NCBI GenBank assembly: GCA_002413835.1
Contig: DHXU01000009.1
Span: 14,626 to 78,625 of the forward strand
DNA length: 64,000 nt
Direction of reading: 5' to 3'
From: Candidatus Saccharibacteria bacterium UBA5148
Lineage (GTDB): Bacteria; Patescibacteriota; Saccharimonadia; Saccharimonadales; UBA4665
The position numbers were made by a program, and so were the translations under genes. Shown piece after piece: positions 36,538 to 45,409 of the stretch. The stretch's first letter is position 1. Each line of letters starts with the position of its first letter. The notes under the pieces were generated by a model. That model made no database searches and was not told the DNA's origin. It saw only the letters and a program-made list of their open reading frames with translations.

Positions 36538-37635
36538 CTACTTGTACATGCTGAAGGTGCCGTTGGTCTTGTATTTAGCAAACCCGTAATCGCTGTTGTC
36601 TTTGATATTGCTGGTTTTGCATGACAAGTCCTTAGTTTGTTCCATCAGGTCTGAATAGTCTCCTGGCAGGAAGTCCAATGGGTTGGCGGTGTGCCAGGGG
36701 TTAGCATAGGTTCCGAAATACGTTGCACTATCGCTGATGCCGAAATGCAGATGCGGCTGGCCGGGCGCGCCGACTTCGCCAGAGGTGCCGATGCGCTGGC
36801 CTTTCGTCACCGTTGCGCCGTTATTGACGGTTATCGACGACATATGTTCAAAGACGGCGTAGAGGGTTTTGCCAGTGGCAGCATTCGTGCCGGTGTTGAT
36901 AATCATTGTATTGAAGCCGTCGCTATACTTACCAACAACTTTGCCAGCATGCGGAGCATAGACCGGTTTATAACTAACGCCAATGTCCATGGCTGCGTGG
37001 TAGCTTTGCCTGACAGAATAATAATGCAGCCAGCACTGTGTCAAGCCAGCAGCCGGATTGGTAATATCCGCAACATTTACCGGCCACGTCCAATCCGATA
37101 CCGGCGCAGTGGCAGTTTTGGTAACGGGCGTACTCTGGTGGCCGGTCGTGTCGTAGGAAACAATCGTGTAGGTGTAGGTCGTCCCTTGCTTGACGACCGT
37201 ATTTTCGTATGTCGTACCAGTTGGCGAGGCGTATGGATTGGTCGTCGTATCAGGTGCTGTTGTGCCGATGCTACGCCAGAATCTATAACCAGCTAGCTTA
37301 CAGTTGGCAGCTGCTTTGCCGGCTGTCCAGGTCATCGAGATACTCGGCTTCACAGTACCTGTTAGCACATAGCTGCCGGGCGGAGTCGGTGCGACAGTAC
37401 ATGGAGGGCTCGCAAAAGTTATAGCACTCCCGTTTGACGCTGCCACGTCGGGGACCACCTTGGCAGTGCCGCTGGGCGTGCCCTGCTCCGGCTCAGTCGA
37501 AATAACCGGTGTTGCAGCACGGCTGAGCAAGATGACGATCAGGCCAACGAAAGCGACCGCTGCAATGGCAACAATGGCCCCGAATAGCCACGTAGGGTTC
37601 GCGCGAAGCTTAAGCATATTACTACTATAGTACAA
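36538..37635 (-). CDS. Secreted M23 family metallopeptidase with Fn3-like domain
   Basis: N-terminal anchor and EPEQG module, an Fn3-like segment (YRFWRS...TYTYTIVSYD), then the M23 motifs HAAMDIG (HxxxD) and PHLHFGI (HxH). Confidence 0.8.
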   Translation of the reverse strand: MYYSSNMLKLRANPTWLFGAIVAIAAVAFVGLIVILLSRAATPVISTEPEQGTPSGTAKVVPDVAASNGSAITFASPPCTVAPTPPGSYVLTGTVKPSISMTWTAGKAAANCKLAGYRFWRSIGTTAPDTTTNPYASPTGTTYENTVVKQGTTYTYTIVSYDTTGHQSTPVTKTATAPVSDWTWPVNVADITNPAAGLTQCWLHYYSVRQSYHAAMDIGVSYKPVYAPHAGKVVGKYSDGFNTMIINTGTNAATGKTLYAVFEHMSSITVNNGATVTKGQRIGTSGEVGAPGQPHLHFGISDSATYFGTYANPWHTANPLDFLPGDYSDLMEQTKDLSCKTSNIKDNSDYGFAKYKTNGTFSMYK

Positions 37636-37684
37636 TTTTGGCGGTATATTTGCTATACTTTTATCTGTTAATCACCTACCATCT

Positions 37685-37760
37685 GGGGGCGTAGCTCAGT
37701 GGTTAGAGCAGTCGGCTCATAACTGATTGGTCGTTGGTTCAAGTCCAACCGCCCCCACCA
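37685..37760 (+). tRNA. tRNA with CAT anticodon (elongator Met or Ile2)
   Basis: 76 nt with GGGGGCG/CGCCCCC acceptor, T-arm GTTGG-TTCAAGT-CCAAC, anticodon loop CTCATAA, and an encoded CCA. Confidence 0.9.
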
Positions 37761-37782
37761 AGCATAAGAATTATCAATTATT

Positions 37783-38397
37783 TTAATTTATTTGCCGCTC
37801 AATGCATTTTGCAAGGATATCAATCTCTCGTTTCACTGAGTCGACACTATCACTTCCGTGAACTAGGTCATTGTAATTATTTGTGGCCATTCCTCCACGG
37901 ATCGTGGATAGGTCGCGTATGGAATCAACGTTCCAATTTCCAAGATGACTACGCCAAGTTTCAATTGCCTCGTCAGATTTTAGCAATAATACTGTGCATG
38001 GCGCAGACAGCATAAGGCCTTTATATTCCTCCCATTTGTTTTTGAAGTGAGGGAAAGAATACGGTGCCATCTCCAGCATTGTATCTCTAGGGCCACCTGC
38101 ATAAAACTCTTCAACAGCCTGATCGTCAAGCAGGACAGAGAATTTAGCCAGCATCCCCATGCCACTAACCCGTTCTTCTATCGCGTCGGCAGCCTGTGCA
38201 TCGTCAAGCATAAATAGGTTTGCGTCCGGCCCAAGTTGCGGCCTTAATAAGGCTAAAGTCAATTCACCGCCTTCAATCAGTTCTTGCACTCGAGCACTAC
38301 GTAATAGCGCATGGGCTTCCTGCAAGCCAGGTATGTTTAAGGCTTCGGTGCGGTTAAGGTGGTAATTATGAAAAGGGAATTTAAATCTGTTTTCCAT
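37783..38397 (-). CDS. Nucleoside diphosphate kinase-like protein with ~45-aa N-terminal extension
   Basis: LTLALLRPQL, AVEEFYAG and the active-site-like NDLVHGSDSVDSVKREI (N-x-x-H-G-S-D of NDK). At 204 aa it is longer than canonical NDK. Confidence 0.65.
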   Translation of the reverse strand: MENRFKFPFHNYHLNRTEALNIPGLQEAHALLRSARVQELIEGGELTLALLRPQLGPDANLFMLDDAQAADAIEERVSGMGMLAKFSVLLDDQAVEEFYAGGPRDTMLEMAPYSFPHFKNKWEEYKGLMLSAPCTVLLLKSDEAIETWRSHLGNWNVDSIRDLSTIRGGMATNNYNDLVHGSDSVDSVKREIDILAKCIERQIN

Positions 38398-38490
38398 GTG
38401 CTAATTAAACAATTAAGTATAGTGTGAATCAAGCTATTATTGTGCATTTACCGATAATACGACATAATAATATCAAAGGATAAAATAACA

Positions 38491-39123
38491 ATGAGTAGAG
38501 ATATCGTATTGTTACAGGGATACCCGGGCTCTGGAAAATCTTCTGCTGCTACGCAACTTGCTGAAACATATAATAACCCTGACTACGATCAGTTAGCCCA
38601 CTATTCGGTGGGCAACCATTTGCGCGGCATTATCAATGGGACTATTGAATCAACTCAAACCGCGCATATACTCGAGCAATCTGAGGTGCTAGCTGTCTCA
38701 CAGCGTCTCGATGACCATGTCGTGAATGAGGTCGTAAAAGAACATTTAGCCACACTTCCTGCACGGAGCATAACGCTCATAGACGCCTATCCGCTATATG
38801 TCGATCAGATACCTGAATTTCAGAGAAATGTTACAGAACTGAGCGCCAAGGTACTTGGTGTCGTTGAGATTGAGATAGATCCAAAAATTGCATTCGGTCG
38901 TATAATTCAGCGCGGTACGCGAACCCACGAAGACCATGCTGATGTGGCTTTCGCGCAGCGCAGAATCGATGAGCATACCACTGATTGCCTACCAACTACA
39001 GTAGCCTTAGGACGTATCTACCCGACCTTACATATCGACGGTTCGCGAACAAGTTCCGAGGTCGTAACACTTTTAGATGAGGCTATCGACATACTTGCAG
39101 CCAGAGAGACGGGAATTCAATAA
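38491..39123 (+). CDS. Adenylate/nucleoside-monophosphate kinase-like P-loop protein
   Basis: LLQGYPGSGKSSAATQLAE (Walker A), YSVGNHLRG (compare the ISTGDLLR motif of adenylate kinase), and IDAYP (compare DGFPR). Confidence 0.6.
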   Translation: MSRDIVLLQGYPGSGKSSAATQLAETYNNPDYDQLAHYSVGNHLRGIINGTIESTQTAHILEQSEVLAVSQRLDDHVVNEVVKEHLATLPARSITLIDAYPLYVDQIPEFQRNVTELSAKVLGVVEIEIDPKIAFGRIIQRGTRTHEDHADVAFAQRRIDEHTTDCLPTTVALGRIYPTLHIDGSRTSSEVVTLLDEAIDILAARETGIQ

Positions 39124-39145
39124 TGTTCATGTACAAAGATGATGC

Positions 39146-39907
39146 ATGAAAAAAACTGTCAATAATTACGATGACTACGCCGATGACATAGCTCAAAGCA
39201 ACCAAGAGGGAACTAACAGGGCGCATCTATATATCGAGAAGCCTGCAATGTACGAGGCATTGCCTGATGTGTCAGACAAGCATATTCTGTGCGTTGGCTG
39301 CGGCACAGGCGAGGAATGTGACCATATGGCCAGCATGGGCGCAGTAGTAACCGGAATAGATATTTCACGTCGCTCAATTGAGATAGCACGAAAAAGATTT
39401 GAATCAACAAAATTTGAAATTATGGATATGAGCGAATTGCACTATCAAGACAATAGTTTCGACTTGGTATATTCTAGCCTGACCATTCATTATGCAGAGT
39501 ATCTTGAACAAGTGTTGAAAGAAATATTTCGAGTACTGAAGCCGGGCGGTAATTTGATATTTTCAACATTGCACCCGATCAAATGGGGCTCCGAGGTTAG
39601 ACGCGACGCAAAGGAAGAGCGCAAAAAGTCATTCGTATTAGGCTACGATTCATTCGTAGAACCGTCCCATGTCTATGGTGATTACTTGCATACGAAACAA
39701 ATAACCCAAAAACCCGAAGGCTATCCGGTAATAAGTTACTGGAATAGACCAATATCAGAATATTTAAGAATCATTAAGGAGGTTGGTTTTAACCTCGTCG
39801 ATTTTATCGAGCCTTCTCCAGTCAGCGAGCTAAAGTCAATGGATATAGATTACTGGGAAATCCAATCAAAAATACCGCAGTTCATGATCTTTAAACTAGC
39901 AAAATAG
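39146..39907 (+). CDS. Class I SAM-dependent methyltransferase
   Basis: Motif I ILCVGCGTGEE, post-I GIDIS, motif II FDLVYSS, and LKPGGNLIF. Confidence 0.8.
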   Translation: MKKTVNNYDDYADDIAQSNQEGTNRAHLYIEKPAMYEALPDVSDKHILCVGCGTGEECDHMASMGAVVTGIDISRRSIEIARKRFESTKFEIMDMSELHYQDNSFDLVYSSLTIHYAEYLEQVLKEIFRVLKPGGNLIFSTLHPIKWGSEVRRDAKEERKKSFVLGYDSFVEPSHVYGDYLHTKQITQKPEGYPVISYWNRPISEYLRIIKEVGFNLVDFIEPSPVSELKSMDIDYWEIQSKIPQFMIFKLAK

Positions 39908-39913
39908 TCATTT

Positions 39914-41179
39914 CTATTTCAGGGAATGATTGGCCATTAGGTAATCACTAACTTTTGCTATGCCCTCAATGTAAGATTCGACGACGCTGGATTCGTCCTG
40001 GAAACCCCATACGGGCAACTTGATTATTCCACTATGAAATTTTTCCGCATTAGGAAAAGGCCCCTGTAACGGTAAAGGATTTTTATATAAGCGTGGCATA
40101 ATCTCATTAGGTGAGATGAATAAGGGCAGTTCGTTTATTAGCCCGGTAGAACCTGGTATATCTACTTCAACAAGACCTTCGGCTGTTAATGCGTCAGCAA
40201 ACTCCTGACGAGATACGCCAAAAGATCGCTGTTCATCGTACTGAAGTACATATGCGTACCAGCTACTCTGCGTGCCGGTAGAAATTGTCTGGGGAGTCTT
40301 TAAGAAAGGATATCGTTCGAATGCATTTGTAAATGCTTCAGCGTAAGTCTGGCGCTGAGCTATAAATTCCTCAAGGTGTTTAAATTGCTGTGCCGCGAGC
40401 GCTACTGCTAACGGATGAGCTCTCAGCTTTAGGCCAAGCCCCGTAAGATAATATCGCGCTTCCATGTCGCTACTAGGAATTTCATTTTTTGGACGCTTAT
40501 TATAATGTCCTTGCAAGAGTGCTCGATTGAAGAGTTTACTGTCATCCGTTAAGAATACTCCACCCTCGCCGCCGGTTATCGTCTTTGGACCTTGGATACT
40601 CCAAGCAGCAGCTGAGCCGAATGCCCCTACAGGCCGGTCATGAATACGTGCTCCATGCGCATGGGAGCAATCCTCTAACAAATAGATGTTTTTCGAGGCG
40701 CACCAGTCGCTTATCAGCGCAATGTCCTTAACAGGAATTCCCCACATGTGAGTCACAATTACTGCTTTAGTTTTATCGGTAAGTTTTGTTTTGATTTCTT
40801 CAAAACTAATACTACCCTGATCGTCACAGTCAGCAAACACGGGAACCGCTCCTGTATACATGAGGGGGCTGACAGTTGCATGAAAAGTATAGACTGGAGC
40901 GATGACCTCATCTCCAGGCATCAGGCCGATTGCTTCAAACATCGAGAATATAGCAGATGTGCCCGAGTTAGAGAGAATAGCTAATTTTTTGCCATGATAT
41001 GACGCAAAGGCATCTTCAAATTCACCAAAAATTCCTGACCTATCATATATAGAAATGCTCTTATGCAACTGATTGACAACCGCATCTTCGGCCTCTTGAG
41101 TTATTCTTGGCCAAACATACTTTGCTCTATCATCTTCAATAGTTTTTTGACCGCCATTAATCGCTAGTTTAGAGGCCAT
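39914..41179 (-). CDS. DegT/DnrJ/EryC1/StrS family PLP-dependent aminotransferase
   Basis: AINGG start, LSNSGTSAI, LLEDCSHAHG, and the lysine motif SIQGPKTITGGEGG. Confidence 0.85.
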   Translation of the reverse strand: MASKLAINGGQKTIEDDRAKYVWPRITQEAEDAVVNQLHKSISIYDRSGIFGEFEDAFASYHGKKLAILSNSGTSAIFSMFEAIGLMPGDEVIAPVYTFHATVSPLMYTGAVPVFADCDDQGSISFEEIKTKLTDKTKAVIVTHMWGIPVKDIALISDWCASKNIYLLEDCSHAHGARIHDRPVGAFGSAAAWSIQGPKTITGGEGGVFLTDDSKLFNRALLQGHYNKRPKNEIPSSDMEARYYLTGLGLKLRAHPLAVALAAQQFKHLEEFIAQRQTYAEAFTNAFERYPFLKTPQTISTGTQSSWYAYVLQYDEQRSFGVSRQEFADALTAEGLVEVDIPGSTGLINELPLFISPNEIMPRLYKNPLPLQGPFPNAEKFHSGIIKLPVWGFQDESSVVESYIEGIAKVSDYLMANHSLK

Positions 41180-41181
41180 AG

Positions 41182-42222
41182 TTATTTGATCTCCTTTAAT
41201 TTATTCAGGCATGTGTGCGGATCAATAGTTGAATGATTTTCGGCTGATTCATATGAGGCTTCTATAAATGCAACATGCTCGAGATGTTGAGGGTCGATGC
41301 ATCCTCGATTTTTTCCATCGATTATATTCCTGGCAAACTCGTCAAGCTGATCCAATATAGCTGAGGGCCAAGATCCTATACGCTCTAATACTTCTATCTC
41401 GTTCCCGTCTATGTCTCTACGACATACTTTGCCTCTTTTGATGTAGACACTGCCTTTAGAGCCGTAAGCGATTAATGATTCATCTTTCTCGGGATATACA
41501 CGAGATACAACTAAACTGCCTAGTATGACTTGATCATCACCCTTGTTTTCACTGTATGTAAAATTCGCTATTGCCGTATCTTCTACGTCATACTGCTGAC
41601 CTTCTCGGTTGCTTGTAGAGAGCCGACACGTGATGGAGTCGGGAAGCCCGAAGTACCACACTATCAAATCGATATAATGATAGCCGAGGTCAACCAAAGC
41701 TCCACCTCCTGCGAAAACTTTGCTCGAACGCCAACCTTCATCTAATCGGGCGATGTTTAATGTGTACCTCGCCTCGATTGAATATATTTTACCGATTCGT
41801 TTAACCAGCTGACTAAAGCTCAAGAAAATAGGATTGAACCTTCTTTGTAAGGTGACCTGTATTGAGATATCATTCTCCTGTGCGAGCTTAACCATAGCAC
41901 TAGCTTCCTCGAATGAGGTTGCAAATGGTTTCTCCTTGATAATGTTTATTTTCTTAGCGGCGAGTACATCGATTAATGGCAAGTAATCTTTATGAGGAAC
42001 GGCTATTAGAGCAACGTCGGGTAGTTTAGGTAAAAGCCGTAAGAGGTCTGATACTTCCGTAGCATAAGGAACATTATATTCTTCTGCTGTCTTTTGAGAA
42101 ACGGACTGATCAATATCGGAAACGCCAACTAAATTCCAATAATTACTTTCTTGTATAGCCGGAAGGTGATCTTCTAGACTTTGATGGCCAAGTCCAATCA
42201 CTATAATATCTAGCTTACTCAT
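41182..42222 (-). CDS. Gfo/Idh/MocA family NAD(P)-dependent oxidoreductase
   Basis: Rossmann start DIIVIGLGHQSLEDHLP and EKPFA motif. It lies 2 nt upstream of the aminotransferase gene. A GGAG RBS is present. Confidence 0.8.
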   Translation of the reverse strand: MSKLDIIVIGLGHQSLEDHLPAIQESNYWNLVGVSDIDQSVSQKTAEEYNVPYATEVSDLLRLLPKLPDVALIAVPHKDYLPLIDVLAAKKINIIKEKPFATSFEEASAMVKLAQENDISIQVTLQRRFNPIFLSFSQLVKRIGKIYSIEARYTLNIARLDEGWRSSKVFAGGGALVDLGYHYIDLIVWYFGLPDSITCRLSTSNREGQQYDVEDTAIANFTYSENKGDDQVILGSLVVSRVYPEKDESLIAYGSKGSVYIKRGKVCRRDIDGNEIEVLERIGSWPSAILDQLDEFARNIIDGKNRGCIDPQHLEHVAFIEASYESAENHSTIDPHTCLNKLKEIK

Positions 42223-42318
42223 TTGAACTCCGTTGACTTAGGGTAGCATGCTATAATTACGCTACTATTATTCAGTTATTTATACACTATACGAGTAACC
42301 CTAACAAGAAAGTACATC

Positions 42319-42864
42319 ATGACAGACATCAGTGTTAGTAGCATCGAGCTCGAGCTAACGTACCTAGCAAGCTCTTTACCTAAAGAGATAAATGGCGCAG
42401 CAGCTACGACGCTAAAGGATATATACGTACCTCAGACTGATGGCATACATCCACGACTTCGTATTCGTAGAAAAGGCGACAAGTATGAAATAACCAAAAA
42501 AGTACCCATTGATGAAAATGACGCATCTGCGCACACCGAGTTAACAATCCCACTTAATCAAGATGAGTTTGAGGCACTCGAGCATACTAGCAATAAGGTG
42601 GTTCAGAAGGATAGATACAAAATAGTTATCGATGGCCATGTCGCTGAAGTCGATGTATTTACAGGTGACTTGGAAGGTTTAGTGGTTATTGACTTTGAGT
42701 TTGATACAGAAGAAGAGAAGTCGAATTTTGTTGCTCCAAACGTTTGTCTTGCAGACGTCACCCAAGAGCAGTTCATTGCTGGCGGTAAGCTGGCGGGTAA
42801 ACGGTATGCGGACATACAGGATGAGCTAGACAGGTTCAATTTTAAGCCATTGAAGATTTCGTAA
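42319..42864 (+). CDS. CYTH domain protein (triphosphate tunnel metalloenzyme family)
   Basis: N-terminal IELELTYL (ExEx-T instead of ExExK), RLRIRRKGDKYEITKK, DRYKI...AEVDVFTGDLEGLVVIDFEF. Confidence 0.65.
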   Translation: MTDISVSSIELELTYLASSLPKEINGAAATTLKDIYVPQTDGIHPRLRIRRKGDKYEITKKVPIDENDASAHTELTIPLNQDEFEALEHTSNKVVQKDRYKIVIDGHVAEVDVFTGDLEGLVVIDFEFDTEEEKSNFVAPNVCLADVTQEQFIAGGKLAGKRYADIQDELDRFNFKPLKIS

Positions 42865-42868
42865 TGGT

Positions 42869-43258
42869 TTGCCACACATGACTCAAGAAATCACAGATCT
42901 CGTAGAACAAGCATCGGAACATCTCCGTCAAAACTACAAACAATACCAGCATCATGTTGCTTCGGCATTGAAATGCAACGATAAAGTATACCTGTCATTG
43001 CATCTTGATACAAAGGGTTTTGATATTTGCGCTGAGCCAATTGCCCTTTCCAACGCACTCGCGAACGGCGAAACAGAATTTAAATATATAGTGGCGGTGA
43101 TTATGAAGAAAGATGGTCTGACTGAGATTGTAAGTCCTTGTGGTAACTGTAGACAAATGCTACTCCAATACTGTCCTCAGGTAGAAGTAATCCTTAACGC
43201 CGATGATCGTATCGCTACAGTTGCAGCAAGTAAGTTGTTGCCATGGCCATACAACTAA
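42869..43258 (+). CDS. Cytidine/blasticidin-S deaminase-like zinc deaminase
   Basis: 129 aa with CAEPIA (C/H-A-E) and PCGNCRQ zinc-ligand motifs. It starts 4 nt after the CYTH gene. Confidence 0.75.
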   Translation: MPHMTQEITDLVEQASEHLRQNYKQYQHHVASALKCNDKVYLSLHLDTKGFDICAEPIALSNALANGETEFKYIVAVIMKKDGLTEIVSPCGNCRQMLLQYCPQVEVILNADDRIATVAASKLLPWPYN

Positions 43259-43391
43259 TATCACCTCGATCGGATTAATTGAACTCTTGAATAATTCCTC
43301 AAAGTGCCTACGTTTAGCTGTGCATAAAAAATCCGATTAGTCAAAACTATTAATACGTTCAAGGCAGACCGTGCTATACCAAAACTATGCT

Positions 43392-43601
43392 TTAATATCG
43401 ATAGTTATTCTCTGAGTAAGCAACGACTTGCCTGGTTTCATTCCTCCATATTGGCGTCGGACTGTCTATAAACCACTGAACGAGGTCAATCATCATCCGT
43501 TCAAAACTTGTCGCTTCTGCCCCACCAAAACCATTTTCAGTCGATTTAATAAATGTGTCGAAAGGCTCTTTCGTAGTTCTTGGTGCTGGCGTAGCGCTCA
43601 T
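43392..43601 (-). CDS. Small hypothetical protein (paralogous to the fragment at 44966-45148)
   Basis: 69 aa with FERMMIDLVQWFIDSPTPIWRN. It lies 5 nt downstream of the Nudix-like gene. Confidence 0.45.
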   Translation of the reverse strand: MSATPAPRTTKEPFDTFIKSTENGFGGAEATSFERMMIDLVQWFIDSPTPIWRNETRQVVAYSENNYRY

Positions 43602-43606
43602 ACGAT

Positions 43607-44092
43607 TTAGGCAACTAAATCAGAGCCTTCAAGCGATGCTATCCACTCGTCACGGTCTAGCAACCCTGTATCGGTCAGGAATATACTGCTGCAACATGAG
43701 CCGTGTTTGGCGGACGGCATAAGGTCTGATGGGTCGGAAGCCCAGTTCTGCTCAATGTAAGCAGTGTGCTCGGTTTCGGCCTTTGTAACGTCAGGCTCGC
43801 TACCTGCCGTAAGGTTCATCTCGATGTCCATCAAGAAGATGTCGTAACTATTGCGCTTTTGGAACATTATGCCCAAGAAGCGGCCAGGAGTGGCTTCACA
43901 GGCCAGTTTCTCGCGGCAGACCCTTGCTGCGGCCTGTTCTGGCAATTCACCAGGTAACATTGTTACGGCGGGTAGCCCTACCGCGCCTCTTAAATCTGGG
44001 TCGTCATCAGGACGCTTCACGGTTAGAAAATGGTCAGGCCTGTTTGGGTCGGTTAGTATGACGGCTACTACATATTTTATTTGTTTACTCAT
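43607..44092 (-). CDS. Nudix-like hydrolase (degenerate Nudix box)
   Basis: VVAVILTD...FLTVKR...LPGELPEQAAARVCREKLACE approximates GX5EX7REUXEEXGU, with the EE pair not conserved. Confidence 0.5.
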   Translation of the reverse strand: MSKQIKYVVAVILTDPNRPDHFLTVKRPDDDPDLRGAVGLPAVTMLPGELPEQAAARVCREKLACEATPGRFLGIMFQKRNSYDIFLMDIEMNLTAGSEPDVTKAETEHTAYIEQNWASDPSDLMPSAKHGSCCSSIFLTDTGLLDRDEWIASLEGSDLVA

Positions 44093-44129
44093 GCGCTAAT
44101 AATACCAGAGTTTGAAATAAAGTATGATG

Positions 44130-44891
44130 TTACACAAGTGTAAGTATGACTGGGTAGTGGTCTGATATTGCATCGGTTAGGTTGTCTTTTGGCACCTCAA
44201 TGCCTACTACCGACTTAATGAGACTCGCTGTGGCGAACATGTAGTCTAAGCGCATGTTAGCGGCATGGTACATATCCCTGTTTGCTGGTGTGGGAACAGT
44301 AGTCTGACGCTTACCTAACAGTGCCGCAACATCAATTAAGCCTTTGTCCGTAAAGTAGGCTGTTACGTCATAGCGCAGCTTGTCGGTGCCGAACTTCTTT
44401 ATTCCTTGTAGCGCAAGGTTGCTAATTAGCTCATCAGGATATTTATCACTCTCATTAAGGCTGTTAAAGTCACCCATAATTATCGTGGGCTTATCCATAT
44501 CAACCAGCGACGTTAATAGTGTGGCCTCGGCCAGTCTGCTGTCCTCGTCGCCTGGGTTCAGGTGAACATTCCAAAGGTCTAGTGTTTCATCGCCATGTTG
44601 TATGGTCGTTTGTACGGCACTATGCCAGAAGCCGTCTGTATGTACCTGTGAGCGTAGAATTGGTAGGCGCAATAGAGTAGCCAGCTTAAAGCGCGTATTA
44701 CTATCGCCATATACATACGAATTAAGACCCGTCTCGGCTGCCAGCGTTTCAAGTTGCGATGGTAAGCCATCATTCCAGCCATTTGCCTCTTGAACGCATA
44801 AGACATCAACGTCTTGCTGCGCAACAAAGTCTTGCACCAAAGGTAGAGTATCCTGTGCGCCCTCAAAGAGGTTATAAGTGGCTATACGCAT
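44130..44891 (-). CDS. Endonuclease/exonuclease/phosphatase (EEP) family protein
   Basis: RIATYNLFEG, DVLCVQEANGW, GDFNS and SDHYPV motifs. Confidence 0.8.
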   Translation of the reverse strand: MRIATYNLFEGAQDTLPLVQDFVAQQDVDVLCVQEANGWNDGLPSQLETLAAETGLNSYVYGDSNTRFKLATLLRLPILRSQVHTDGFWHSAVQTTIQHGDETLDLWNVHLNPGDEDSRLAEATLLTSLVDMDKPTIIMGDFNSLNESDKYPDELISNLALQGIKKFGTDKLRYDVTAYFTDKGLIDVAALLGKRQTTVPTPANRDMYHAANMRLDYMFATASLIKSVVGIEVPKDNLTDAISDHYPVILTLV

Positions 44892-44897
44892 GTCTTT

Positions 44898-44926
44898 ATT
44901 ATAGCATAATTAGTATTAACGGTCAA
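44898..44926 (-). promoter_or_regulatory. Promoter TTGACC-17-TATAAT, 6 nt before the EEP ATG (leaderless geometry)
   Basis: On the minus strand, -35 is at 44926-44921 and -10 at 44903-44898, with the ATG at 44891. Confidence 0.55.
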
Positions 44927-44965
44927 AATAGTTCAAGGCCAGACTAGTTACACTTATTACGCCGC

Positions 44966-45409
44966 TTAATATCTATAAGACATCTCATGTTTAATAGTAG
45001 CGGCGGCACTTAATTGGCGTTTCCACGGCGGTGTCGGATTATCTATAAACCACTGAACGAGGTCTGCTATCATTAGTTCAAAGTTTGTCTGTTCGTCCCC
45101 ACCATAAAGCTTATGCTTAATGACTTCTTCGGAAGTTATTTTTGTTTGCTATGATTTGTACATGCCAGAAACAAAACACCTTTACTTGCATACGCTTGAA
45201 ATCGAACCATTAGAAGTTGGCGGATCTTACAATCCCTTGCCCGCGCACCGTAGCGTAACCAGCCGCCCAAGGCCAAGTTGTTCCTTGACGAGCAAATATA
45301 AAAGCTGCAACAATCTGAAAAACCGGTGATTGTAATAGGCTTGCCACATATCAGCATCAAGTTCGCCGACCTTCTGGCCGTCGAAATCTTTCAAATCAGC
45401 TTTTTTCAT
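44966..45409 (-). pseudogene. Probable decayed gene spread over three reading frames
   Basis: Three consecutive minus-strand ORF pieces in different frames. The first is MKKADLKDFDGQKVGELDADMWQAYYNHRFF... (45409-45227). The second is ...GGWLRYGARARDCKIRQLLMVRFQAY... (to 45136). The third is ...NFELMIADLVQWFIDNPTPPWKRQ... (45148-44966), which lacks an ATG until 45073. Confidence 0.4.

Noticed and set aside
44931-44944. GTTCAAGGCCAGAC resembling the T-arm of the tRNA at 37685-37760 (GTTCAAGTCCAACC), a possible distal att site of the island
   Set aside because: Only about 11 of 14 positions match and there is no acceptor-stem continuation. This is compatible with chance, and it lies inside the island rather than at its edge.
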